From the NCBI GenBank assembly GCA_001543015.1, contig LFLC01000057.1, positions 27,457 through 91,456 on the forward strand: a DNA stretch of 64,000 bases, written 5' to 3'. The notes beneath the pieces were generated by a model. The model made no database searches, was not told the origin of the DNA, and was given only the letters and a program-made list of their open reading frames with translations. This DNA is from Nitrosopumilus sp. LS_AOA (GTDB lineage Archaea; Thermoproteota; Nitrososphaeria; Nitrososphaerales; Nitrosopumilaceae). How positions within the stretch are numbered: position 1 is the stretch's first letter; each line of letters starts with the position of its first letter. The position numbers and the translations under genes are program-made. This document shows positions 1 to 9,183 of the stretch, piece after piece.

Positions 1-715
1 CAAGTAAAGTTAGGACACTTTTGAAACTAATCTTCATTTGTCCTTGGTTTGCAAGGGCCACATAGTGATTGATTAGAGACCTAAAATGCCATTTGTTGAA
101 AAAATAATCTCCTACTTTGAACTTGTAGTCAAATGCATCTAACTTTTCAAGATATGATTTTGCTTCATCTATATCCTGAGTAATATTTCCTGATTTGTCA
201 AATATTTGTGAATCAAATAGAATATCACCAATTCCTACTAGAATTGCTACTCTCTCAAACATTTGAGTTGGTGATTCAATAATCTCACTTTTTCCGTTTC
301 TGAAAAGATATCGTGATGCCAATACTCTAAGACAATTCAAATCAAACTTTTTAGAAACTGGATCAAGGATCTTTAAATTCAAGACGTTCTTTTTCTGGTC
401 TCTTAATTTTCTTCTCTCATGTCTGTAAACAATGTATGCTTTTGCAATGTCACTATTGCCACTATCAATCAAAGTTGATTCTACAATATCTTGAATGTCT
501 TCAACTGTAGGTGTTCTAGTACTAGTAAATCCTTGTTCCACTAATTTGTTAACTACATTTTCTGCTAATTGATCAGCTAGGCCACGATCTGCTTTAGATG
601 TGGCTGCCAATGCCCTAAATATGGCATTTGAAATTTTATCTTTATTAAATGCCGTTACTGCGCCACTGCGCTTTCGAATATCAATTATGGTATTTTCTAT
701 TTGTGAATTGTCCAT
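1..715 (-). CDS. nrdJ: Ribonucleotide reductase with N-terminal ATP-cone, probably class II (B12-dependent); 5' part only, runs off the window
   Basis: Not in the ORF track. Manual translation from ATG at 715: MDNSQIENTIIDIRKRSGAVTAFNKDKISNAIFRAL...PTVEDIQDIVESTLIDSGNSDIAKAYIVYRHERRKLR (ATP-cone), then LNCLRVLASRYL...ESPTQMFERVA (RNR N-terminal domain). Class assignment is inferred from thaumarchaeal gene content. Confidence 0.85.
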   Translation of the reverse strand, partial: MDNSQIENTIIDIRKRSGAVTAFNKDKISNAIFRALAATSKADRGLADQLAENVVNKLVEQGFTSTRTPTVEDIQDIVESTLIDSGNSDIAKAYIVYRHERRKLRDQKKNVLNLKILDPVSKKFDLNCLRVLASRYLFRNGKSEIIESPTQMFERVAILVGIGDILFDSQIFDKSGNITQDIDEAKSYLEKLDAFDYKFKVGDYFFNKWHFRSLINHYVALANQGQMKISFKSVLTLL

Positions 716-919
716 TATAATCTCCCCGACATAGTTATGATCAGTATGGGTATAAATGATTCTGCAGTTTTTTCTTAAAGTTCAGTGCAATAATGTTGAC
801 ACCACTTCTATGAAGTTCATAACGGCATAACATTGATCGTTGTTAACGATGATCGCATCATCCGAATTTGATCAAAAAGTTTTGAAAAATGATCGTTACT
901 AGTTTTTTATTTATGAATT

Positions 920-3082
920 TCAGACAATGTATGGTGATTTACATTTTGGACATTTGTCCTCAAATGGTTCATCTTTAAAACCACATTCACCACAAATTGC
1001 AGTTATTCTAACAGGCTTGAATGATGATGTTAGTTGAGATGTTTTCTCAATTGATTTTTTGATTTCATCAACCTTTGCATTTTTGTCAATATTTAATGCA
1101 ACAAATAATCCTCCATTGAGTAATTTTGAGAGTTTGTTACATTCAGCAATAGGTTCGCTTTTATTAGTATAATCAGAAACATCAGAGGCATTAATTATCA
1201 CACCTTCAGAATAAGAATCGCCTTCCATGGAGTTAAGAGAAGAATTTTTGCCATATTTCTCACCATCTAGTTTTGCAAAACGGGTTGAACTCTCAGTTTC
1301 AGTCATGCAAATAGCAACAGAATCACCTAATTCTTTGCCTTTTTTAGCACCCACATCAACTGCAGTTTCAATGACTTTGTGAAGAATAGCACGACCTTCT
1401 TTATTGTCTTTGTATCCTAAAATATTAAAAATTGCCTCTTTGAGACCTACTAAATTTATGACAAGTGAGACAGAACTTCTTTGCATGTATTGAGTATTTT
1501 TTGCAAGAATCGGATTTAGTCCTCGTCTTGTAAGATCAGAAATATCTTTTTTTCTTAATGCCATAGATACTAAAGCAGGTTTCATTAATAATGCGAGTCT
1601 TGCTCTAAAGTAAGTTTCATCTTTATTTGATTCAAATGCAAGTCTTGGAAGATTAATAGAAACAGATTGTAAATTAATTGAAAGTGGACCTGTAGTTTTT
1701 GTAGAACCATTTGTAACTCCTAAACTTGACATTTGACCTTTAGCAAACATTACTTTGCCACCAATAGAAATTATTTCAGCCACTGATGCTGAAACATCAG
1801 TTATTTTTCCTTTCTCAGTATCTATAATTAAACCAATTTTTGGAATTGGTGTAATCTTTGTATAATTTTTGTATGCATTAATTATTGCATTGATTATTTT
1901 TGTATCAAATCCTAGTTGTAGTCTGATTGATACGTTTGTATTTTTCATATTGAATTTTGAAGAAGTAGATGCAGTTGAAAATGCATTTGATAATTTTTGT
2001 TCAAGTTCAGGAAGAGATTTTGAATGTTTTACAAACAAGGGGATTAAACCATCAAGGACAACTTCTTGTGAAGCTTCTTTTGAGAGTAGAGATATTATTA
2101 TTGATAGTGCACTTGTAATCTCATCTAATTGTTTTGATGCAGGGATTCTTGAAACATCAAGGTATTTTCCACCAAGATTAATTCCATCATCAATTAATTC
2201 TTTAACATTGACAAATATTGTATCAGGAATCATAGACCAAATTCCAGGATTTGAAATATGCAAATCTCCAGAAAGATGAGAATCTGCTACATCTTTTGGT
2301 AGTGTGTTTGTAAGAAGATGTTCAGCAAATACTTTCTGACCAGTGTGAAACAATAAACCTTCAGCACCATTATCTACATTATCTAAATTGGAAATCATTT
2401 CCTGTACATCAAAAACAGGCAATCCTAGGCGTGCTAATTTATTACGATATTCCTCATGACCGTGCTCTAAAAGGACAGAATTGACCATTTCTCGGATAAG
2501 TGCGCCTGTAAGATAGGTAGTCTGATATTTGTAAATTCTATTTTCAACTTCTTCAGTAATTTTTTGTGCTAATTCTAATGGAAGACTACCTTCACGAACT
2601 AGTGATTGAATAATTTTATGAGAATTAAATTCTTCAATGGATTCATGTGATGTTCTAACATACATTTTTCCACTTTCAATAATTGATCTTTCTTCTATTT
2701 GTCTTGCTAAACTTAAAACCAATTTTCCAAGATTTGTAATTGTGTAACGTCTTTCAGATTTGTTTAGAGCAACAAGGGATTGTCTTAATAATTTTCTCAA
2801 ATGATATGCAAATTTTCCACTTTCTTTTTTTGATTTGAATCCAGCAAGTGATTTTAATTCAGAATATGTTAATGGACCTTTAGAATTTAGAATTCTGAGA
2901 ATATCAATTCTGTTTGGACTAGCCATTACAGAGAAAATCATCCTAACACGTTTTGATGTAGATTGTAAAATTCCACCTCTATTTGATGATTCATCATCAC
3001 CATCAAAGTCTGAGTCCAAATCAGAGTCTAGATCTGAATCTACATCAGTATCCATTTCTAATTCTTCTGGATTCAATTTCAT
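920..3082 (-). CDS. ArsR-type wHTH + ATP-cone + degenerate class III RNR (NrdD-like) fusion; putative transcription regulator
   Basis: ASPNRIDILRIL...YHLRKL...YTIT (wHTH); VRTSHESIEEFNSHKIIQSL...IREMV (ATP-cone); HLSGDLHI, SINLPRLA, ESSTRFAKLD and C-terminal CxxC..CxxC (NrdD features), but no glycyl-radical loop. Confidence 0.8.
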   Translation of the reverse strand: MKLNPEELEMDTDVDSDLDSDLDSDFDGDDESSNRGGILQSTSKRVRMIFSVMASPNRIDILRILNSKGPLTYSELKSLAGFKSKKESGKFAYHLRKLLRQSLVALNKSERRYTITNLGKLVLSLARQIEERSIIESGKMYVRTSHESIEEFNSHKIIQSLVREGSLPLELAQKITEEVENRIYKYQTTYLTGALIREMVNSVLLEHGHEEYRNKLARLGLPVFDVQEMISNLDNVDNGAEGLLFHTGQKVFAEHLLTNTLPKDVADSHLSGDLHISNPGIWSMIPDTIFVNVKELIDDGINLGGKYLDVSRIPASKQLDEITSALSIIISLLSKEASQEVVLDGLIPLFVKHSKSLPELEQKLSNAFSTASTSSKFNMKNTNVSIRLQLGFDTKIINAIINAYKNYTKITPIPKIGLIIDTEKGKITDVSASVAEIISIGGKVMFAKGQMSSLGVTNGSTKTTGPLSINLQSVSINLPRLAFESNKDETYFRARLALLMKPALVSMALRKKDISDLTRRGLNPILAKNTQYMQRSSVSLVINLVGLKEAIFNILGYKDNKEGRAILHKVIETAVDVGAKKGKELGDSVAICMTETESSTRFAKLDGEKYGKNSSLNSMEGDSYSEGVIINASDVSDYTNKSEPIAECNKLSKLLNGGLFVALNIDKNAKVDEIKKSIEKTSQLTSSFKPVRITAICGECGFKDEPFEDKCPKCKSPYIV

Positions 3083-3227
3083 GAATTTTATGAAGAAAAG
3101 GAGTAATTAAGACTTATGACTATATGATTAATTGATCATTTATGATCTAATTTGAGATTTGTTAATTTTTTATACAAAAATTAGGATAAATTTTTTAAAA
3201 ATTAAAAATAGATCCTTGATTTGAAGA

Positions 3228-3389
3228 TCATTTTTCTTGAACATCAAGTGAAAACTCAGATGTAGAAAGCTTTTGTCCACATGATGGACATTTACCGCCA
3301 TAAGGATTCATAACATCTTTGATAGATTTTAACATCTTCATGGTTGTGATCTTTTCACCACATTTACCACATGTAATTTCTACTGACAT
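3228..3389 (-). CDS. Small zinc-ribbon protein (53 aa)
   Basis: Manual translation: MSVEITCGKCGEKITTMKMLKSIKDVMNPYGGKCPSCGQKLSTSEFSLDVQEK; CxxC...CPxCG; below the ORF-track size cutoff. Confidence 0.8.
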   Translation of the reverse strand: MSVEITCGKCGEKITTMKMLKSIKDVMNPYGGKCPSCGQKLSTSEFSLDVQEK

Positions 3390-3459
3390 AAGAATTACAA
3401 GATGTGTAAAATTATTAAGAATCGATTTTGATTTTTTTTAATAATTCAAGCAAATTATT

Positions 3460-3825
3460 TTACTGCTTTTCAATGATGATTCCACGATCATCAAAACCAG
3501 TAATTTTTGCTTTTGTTCCAACAGGGAGATCATCGGGGGTGGCAATATTTGGCATAAATCCTGAAATTCTCAAATCTGTATTATCGACTTGAAGTACAAC
3601 AAAGGCATATGGTGTGTATTTTTCAAAGCCTGCAGGAGCCACAGTAATGATGGTATACGTGGCAACTGAGCCTGTACCCTCTAAAACATTATCATCAAAA
3701 CCCTTACTACCACATTTTGAGCAATAATATGCTGTAGAAAGATGAAGATGACCACAACTAGTACATTTGTGAGCTAAGAGTTTACCTTGTTTGGCATATT
3801 CAATAAGTTGTTCCTCAATTGTCAT
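3460..3825 (-). CDS. DUF35 Zn-ribbon/OB-fold protein (thiolase partner)
   Basis: CTSCGH...CSKCGS followed by GSVATYTI OB-fold; start moved to ATG 3825, immediately after the thiolase stop. Confidence 0.9.
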   Translation of the reverse strand: MTIEEQLIEYAKQGKLLAHKCTSCGHLHLSTAYYCSKCGSKGFDDNVLEGTGSVATYTIITVAPAGFEKYTPYAFVVLQVDNTDLRISGFMPNIATPDDLPVGTKAKITGFDDRGIIIEKQ

Positions 3826-3826
3826 T

Positions 3827-4990
3827 TTATACACTCTGGAATATATGAACAGCACAACTTGCACCAGTTGCACCAAAATTATGAGTTAAACCAATTTTTG
3901 CATCTTTAACAGTTCTTGCACCAGCTTTTCCAGTTAATTGATCAAATACTTCTACTACTTGTCCAACACCTGTTGCACCTATTGGATGTCCTTTTGATTT
4001 AAGACCACCTGATGGATTAATTGAAATGTCAGAATTTAATTTAGTTCTACCTTCACGAACAGCTTGAACTCCTTGTCCTTTATCAAAGAATCCCAAGTCT
4101 TCAGTGTCAACTATTTCTGCAATTGTAAAACAATCATGGACTTCTGCAAAGTCAATATCTTTTGCAGTAATACCTGCCATTTTGTAAGCATCTGCTACTG
4201 CAATCTTTGTACTAGGAATTGTTGTTAAATGTTCACGTCCTTGTAATGCAGCTGGTGAACCACCTCTGCCAGAACCAATTACTTCAATATAGTCTCCACC
4301 ATTTTCTTTTGCAAACTTTTCAGAACAAAGAATAACAGAACTTGCACCATCAGAGAATGGACAGCAATCAAAAAGTTTTAGTGGACTTGCAACCACTGCA
4401 GAATTCATTACATCATCAATAGTAATTTTCTTTTGCATGTGAGCTTTTGGATTAAGAATTCCATTGTCATGATTTTTTACTGCAACTGCTGCAAAATCTT
4501 CTTCAGTTGCATCAAACTCGGTCAAGTAAGCTCTTGCCATAGATGCAAACAAACCTGGAAATGATGCACCTGCCTGACCTTCATAGAAAAAGTCTGAACA
4601 ATATGCAAAGTATGTTGTTGTCCATTCAGTTCCAGTGTGAGTTACTTTTTCAACACCGGTAACAAGAAGACAATCATAAAATCCGGCTGCAACATTAGCA
4701 TATGCCTCTCTAAAAGATACAGAACCACTGCCACATGCAGACTCTATTGTTAATGATGGTTTTTCTGGAATTCCTAATCTACTCATTAAAACAGGACCAA
4801 GATGTACCTGCTTATCAGCAACTCCAAAAACGTTTGAAATGTAAGATGCTTGAATGTCTTTAGGAGAAATTTTTGCACTTTCTATGGCTGAAACTGATGC
4901 CTGAGTAGTGATATCAGCAATACTTTCACTTAATTTTCCATATTTAGTGCTACCAGCACCAAGAACACAAACCTTTTCCACAAATGTCAC
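3827..4990 (-). CDS. Archaeal-type thiolase (acetyl-CoA C-acetyltransferase)
   Basis: ESACGSG, EVHDCF and NPSGGLKSKGHPIGATG motifs. Confidence 0.93.
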   Translation of the reverse strand: MTFVEKVCVLGAGSTKYGKLSESIADITTQASVSAIESAKISPKDIQASYISNVFGVADKQVHLGPVLMSRLGIPEKPSLTIESACGSGSVSFREAYANVAAGFYDCLLVTGVEKVTHTGTEWTTTYFAYCSDFFYEGQAGASFPGLFASMARAYLTEFDATEEDFAAVAVKNHDNGILNPKAHMQKKITIDDVMNSAVVASPLKLFDCCPFSDGASSVILCSEKFAKENGGDYIEVIGSGRGGSPAALQGREHLTTIPSTKIAVADAYKMAGITAKDIDFAEVHDCFTIAEIVDTEDLGFFDKGQGVQAVREGRTKLNSDISINPSGGLKSKGHPIGATGVGQVVEVFDQLTGKAGARTVKDAKIGLTHNFGATGASCAVHIFQSV

Positions 4991-5037
4991 TGACCCATTT
5001 CCCTATAAAAATTGTTTTAGTAAATTCAATATAGAAA

Positions 5038-5502
5038 ATGCCAAGGAAATCAAATCTCAAAACTCCTCAAATTAAAAAACCAATTATGAGACATGTCGTC
5101 AAAACTACAAAGTCAAGAACTAGTATCTTCAAAAAAGAAATTATTCAGTATTATGATAGTAATGGATTTCTTTCTTGGTCATCAAAAGAAAAAAAATACA
5201 TGATACTTGGAACAAATTCTCCTAAAAATGGTCTAGTACCATGTCCTGAATGTAAAGTAGGAGAGTTGATGGTAATCAGATCGAAGGCAACAAGGAAGCG
5301 ATTCATGGGTTGTTCAAACTATTATGGAGGATGTAAAGCATCATCCCCATTATTACAAAAAGCAAGAATGAGGGCAATAAAGATGCCCTGTGATGTATGT
5401 AAATGGCCAATGATAATTTTTCGATATTCACGAAATCAGAAATGGACAAAACAATGCGGAAATTTTAATTGTGAAAGCAGAAAGACTAAGCCTTCAAAGT
5501 AG
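5038..5502 (+). CDS. Stand-alone topoisomerase IA C4 zinc-finger domain protein
   Basis: CPECKVGELMVIRS...FMGCSNY..GC followed by a second CDVC...CGNFNC ribbon. Confidence 0.75.
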   Translation: MPRKSNLKTPQIKKPIMRHVVKTTKSRTSIFKKEIIQYYDSNGFLSWSSKEKKYMILGTNSPKNGLVPCPECKVGELMVIRSKATRKRFMGCSNYYGGCKASSPLLQKARMRAIKMPCDVCKWPMIIFRYSRNQKWTKQCGNFNCESRKTKPSK

Positions 5503-6292
5503 AATAGATATCTGTTCGTCTGTTTTTAAGTAATGGTAAAATTTTACGTGTTTGTTTTACTTTGTTTAAATCAATATCAACATAACCAATACCTTGTTTC
5601 TTTTTCATGTCAAGTAAAATTTTTCCATATGGATCAACTACTAAACTTCGACCACAGTAAATATTTCCAACTTGATCTGGTGCAATAACATAACATCCAT
5701 TTTCAATTGCACGCGTTTTGTTAATTGTAATCCAATGTTCTTCTTTCATGTTACCTTTAACCCATGCAGATGGTGCAACTAAAACTTCAGCACCAGATGC
5801 TGCAAGTGAACGTGCCATTTCAGGAAATCTCAAGTCATAACAAATCATCATTCCTGTTTTTCCCAATGTTGTGTTTACAGGCTTTGTAATTTTTGAGCCT
5901 GGAACCATTTTGTCTGATTCTTTAAATCCTAACGCATCATAGAGATGAATTTTTCTATAGGTAGAAATCACTTTACCTGAATTATCAATTACAAATGAAG
6001 AATCATATACACGATCTTTTTTTCTGCTCTTTTCATAAAATGATCCAATAATTTGAATTCTATTTTCTTTTGCTGCTTTTGCTATACTTGAAACAAAATT
6101 TCCATTAATTGTTTCAGCTAAACTTGCTAGTTGTTTTGAAGTTTGTTTAGAATTTGTGTAAAACATCATAAATTCTGGAAATGCACATAGTTTTGCATTC
6201 TTTGATGCTGCCTTTTGAATATATGAAATAATTTTTTCTAAATTTGTTTGTTTGTCAGTTGATGCTTTGAATTGAACTACTGCAGCTTTCAT
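5486..6292 (-). CDS. Carbon-nitrogen hydrolase (nitrilase superfamily, Nit1-like)
   Basis: FPE, YRKIHLYD and ICYDLRFPE catalytic triad; RAIENG. Confidence 0.92.
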   Translation of the reverse strand: MKAAVVQFKASTDKQTNLEKIISYIQKAASKNAKLCAFPEFMMFYTNSKQTSKQLASLAETINGNFVSSIAKAAKENRIQIIGSFYEKSRKKDRVYDSSFVIDNSGKVISTYRKIHLYDALGFKESDKMVPGSKITKPVNTTLGKTGMMICYDLRFPEMARSLAASGAEVLVAPSAWVKGNMKEEHWITINKTRAIENGCYVIAPDQVGNIYCGRSLVVDPYGKILLDMKKKQGIGYVDIDLNKVKQTRKILPLLKNRRTDIYSTLKA

Positions 6293-6355
6293 GAGATTGA
6301 TTATTTCAATGACAATAAAAGGATGAACTTTTAGTAAAATTATTTGTAAAAAGAA

Positions 6356-6532
6356 TTAAAGTTGGTTTCCTGCTAAAAACCAATTTTCTTTTGGATTGTC
6401 TTCAAAAACAACAATTACATGACTCTCCTTAGTCTTTAGAATTTCAACTGCTGATTTTGTTATTGCTTTTGCATATTCATCTTTTTGTTCCTGAGTTCTT
6501 CCAGGATACATTGATACTGTAATCAAAGGCAT
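6356..6532 (-). CDS. 4-oxalocrotonate tautomerase family protein (58 aa)
   Basis: Manual translation: MPLITVSMYPGRTQEQKDEYAKAITKSAVEILKTKESHVIVVFEDNPKENWFLAGNQL; N-terminal Pro, GRTxEQK. Confidence 0.88.
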   Translation of the reverse strand: MPLITVSMYPGRTQEQKDEYAKAITKSAVEILKTKESHVIVVFEDNPKENWFLAGNQL

Positions 6533-6565
6533 AAAAAATTCAAATAGATTCAGGAATTTATGTTT

Positions 6566-7342
6566 TCAATAATTGGGTCTGTAACCGTATCTTGAACCAT
6601 ACGTAAAATCAGAGCTGTGAGTTTTTTTGTAAATGTATCCTGTTGCCAATCCAATTACAAATCCACCAATATGAGCCAAATAAGCTACACCGCCGCCAGC
6701 AACACCGAATCCTCCAACAAAAAATGGCAATAAATTTTGGAAAACTAACCAAAATGGTAAGAACCATCGAGCCTGAATGTGCATCATTCTCCAAAAGAAA
6801 CCAAGCATCAAGAAAGTTTGAATTCTAGCTTTTGGAAAAATTACCAAATAAGCTCCCAATATTCCAGAAATTGCGCCAGATGCACCAACTGCAGGAATCA
6901 CACTACTTGGATCGCCATAAATGTGAACTAGTCCTGCAGTTACACCCCACATTAAATAAATTCCAAGATACTTTACTTTTCCAAACTTTTGTTCAATGTT
7001 ATCTCCAAATATCCACAAGAACAATAAATTACCACCAAGATGCATCAATCCACCATGCAGGAATGTTGAAGTAATCAAAGAGATGTATGGTGTAGAAGGA
7101 CATAGAATTCTAACGGGTCCTGCACCAAAATCTATTGCAGAAAAAGATGCACCTGTAACACAATTAGGAACAGCGCCCCAATTGTAAAATAAATTAAATG
7201 CATTTTGATTTGTAAAGTCAAAGAATTGTCCAGTATATGCAATTTCTATTAAAAATACAATTACATTAATTATGATTAAAGCATATGTTACTTTTGGTTT
7301 GAATCCTGGAGGATGTGGATTCTCATCTCTTAATGGAAACAT
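6566..7342 (-). CDS. Rhomboid family intramembrane serine protease
   Basis: FLHGGLMHLGGNLLFLWIFG, GASGAISG, AHIGG. Confidence 0.93.
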   Translation of the reverse strand: MFPLRDENPHPPGFKPKVTYALIIINVIVFLIEIAYTGQFFDFTNQNAFNLFYNWGAVPNCVTGASFSAIDFGAGPVRILCPSTPYISLITSTFLHGGLMHLGGNLLFLWIFGDNIEQKFGKVKYLGIYLMWGVTAGLVHIYGDPSSVIPAVGASGAISGILGAYLVIFPKARIQTFLMLGFFWRMMHIQARWFLPFWLVFQNLLPFFVGGFGVAGGGVAYLAHIGGFVIGLATGYIYKKTHSSDFTYGSRYGYRPNY

Positions 7343-7382
7343 TAGTTGATTAGCTTCGATAAAAATCGTATAATAACATTAT

Positions 7383-8942
7383 TTAGTTTTGAATTTGTAA
7401 AATTCCTTGTTTTATTAAAAATTCTAATCCTTGAACAAATGTCTCATCATCAATGGAGCCATCAGCCCACCAACCTACATTATTTCTAATCCAATCAGGA
7501 ATTTCCTGTGATTCAGAACTTTCTTGTTGTGTTTGAGGAATTATAATAATATTATTATTTATCAAATATTCAATTCCTTTGATGAAAGTATTATCATCAA
7601 TTTGTTGCTCTGACCACCATAATGCATTATTTCTAATCCAATCAGGAATGGGAATGGAGTTATTTTGAGTGATTCTATTAATTACAATAGGAATTTTAGT
7701 TGTAGCAAGATGGTTATCATCTAAATTTTTGAAATTTAGATAAACTATACCTGAAATATCTTTAGGAATAAAAAACTCGGCAGTATTATGTTCTTCTTTT
7801 GAATCAGTACTAGTTCCACTTTGTTCAAAAATTACTATATCATTTTGAGTAATAGAAAAGTCATAAATTGCAGCAATTGGTCTATTCTTTAAGAAAATAT
7901 CTGTAACATCAAATAATATTTTTGCATTTGAATTAGATTTTAGATTCTCTGGTTCCCAAGATACAAGAATTCTAAACTGCCCATTTTCTGTAACAGAACT
8001 CAAATGAGAATAATCACGGTCAGGTTTTATTATAAAATCCATTTCATCAGTACTGGGATTACTTTGAAAAATATTCAATAATTCTTTTTGATAAATAATA
8101 AAATGTACTATCCGTTCATGAGAGATAAAATCATCAATGTTTACAACATCTTTAGATAATTCAATTCCATTTACATACATTGTAAAACCAGATACTAGTA
8201 AATCACCAAAGTCTTTTGAAATTTGTAATTCTTCATGGACAACAGATGTTTGATTAATGTTTGATTGACTCCATTCAAAAGGCATGGAAAAACTAATCTC
8301 TTTTGAATTTGAATCATATTCAAAATCTGAAATTTCATCATAATACGAAATGGTGTAAATATTTTGTTCCCCAAAATTTGGATCAATAATACTATGTTTT
8401 GATGTTTGAGCAATTGAAATTCCTGCATTAAAGACTAGAGGTTTATCTAATTTTTTGGAATATCCATCTGCAGTAAGCACACTAATGTCAAATTTGTACA
8501 AACCACCCTCACTTAGTTTTGGTCCAATTACATGAACTATCCTACTTTCAAGTCCTAATAATGAACCAAAAAAATCATCACTGTTATTATCATCATCAAT
8601 TATTATTGGAATTGTATCTTCTGATACAAAATTAAAAACTATGAAACCATTATCTGCTTGAAATTCTTGCTCAAAAAGAAATGTTTCTCCACGTTCAGAA
8701 GTAATTAAAAAAGTTACATCTCGTAAGGTAATTTTTGAATCAAAATCAATTAATGAAATAGAAATTTGTTGATCATCATTAGTTTCAGGATTGTTTTGTG
8801 AAGATGAAACTTCCAAAGTAACTAATCGACCATCTAATTCAACGGGTGGAAAAGTTTCACTACCAAAGCCATGACCATATACATGATCTATTCCAAAAAA
8901 TAGAAAAAATATCAAAGATGTAAATAAAAATAAATTTTTCAA
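7383..8942 (-). CDS. Secreted surface protein, HGxG paralog 1, with two C-terminal IPxWIRNN-x-x-WW repeats
   Basis: Likely TTG start at 8942 gives a clean signal peptide ending VYG|HGFG; the ORF-track start at 9035 overlaps the upstream gene. Confidence 0.75.
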   Translation of the reverse strand: MKNLFLFTSLIFFLFFGIDHVYGHGFGSETFPPVELDGRLVTLEVSSSQNNPETNDDQQISISLIDFDSKITLRDVTFLITSERGETFLFEQEFQADNGFIVFNFVSEDTIPIIIDDDNNSDDFFGSLLGLESRIVHVIGPKLSEGGLYKFDISVLTADGYSKKLDKPLVFNAGISIAQTSKHSIIDPNFGEQNIYTISYYDEISDFEYDSNSKEISFSMPFEWSQSNINQTSVVHEELQISKDFGDLLVSGFTMYVNGIELSKDVVNIDDFISHERIVHFIIYQKELLNIFQSNPSTDEMDFIIKPDRDYSHLSSVTENGQFRILVSWEPENLKSNSNAKILFDVTDIFLKNRPIAAIYDFSITQNDIVIFEQSGTSTDSKEEHNTAEFFIPKDISGIVYLNFKNLDDNHLATTKIPIVINRITQNNSIPIPDWIRNNALWWSEQQIDDNTFIKGIEYLINNNIIIIPQTQQESSESQEIPDWIRNNVGWWADGSIDDETFVQGLEFLIKQGILQIQN

Positions 8943-8943
8943 A

Positions 8944-9150
8944 CTATGTCCACTTGTTTGGATCTTTTTTACGAATTTCTTTTCCGTCAATAGTGATTTG
9001 ATCTTTTTCTTCAAAAACAGTATGCCATTTTCCATTATTTGGAAAAATCTTGTTCATTTCTTTGACTTTGTTATTAGTTGGTGCTTTGTTCATCAAAGCT
9101 CCCCATTTCATGTTTGGAACTTTTGGCATAATGTCATTGATATCTTTCAT
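8944..9150 (-). CDS. Small hypothetical protein (68 aa)
   Basis: Fills the gap between two paralogs; ATG preceded by a TTTAAATA-like element about 25 nt upstream. Confidence 0.6.
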   Translation of the reverse strand: MKDINDIMPKVPNMKWGALMNKAPTNNKVKEMNKIFPNNGKWHTVFEEKDQITIDGKEIRKKDPNKWT

Positions 9151-9183
9151 TACACTATCACTTTACAGAATTTATTTAAAAAC

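Noticed and set aside
920..3082. Functional anaerobic ribonucleotide reductase NrdD
   Set aside because: Lacks the finger-loop Cys and the glycyl-radical loop; no activase gene in the window
8943..9035. Long N-terminal extensions in the ORF track (also 3876, 27584, 28197, 31416, 57630, 61008)
   Set aside because: They overlap neighbouring genes or promoters; downstream starts give cleaner N-termini
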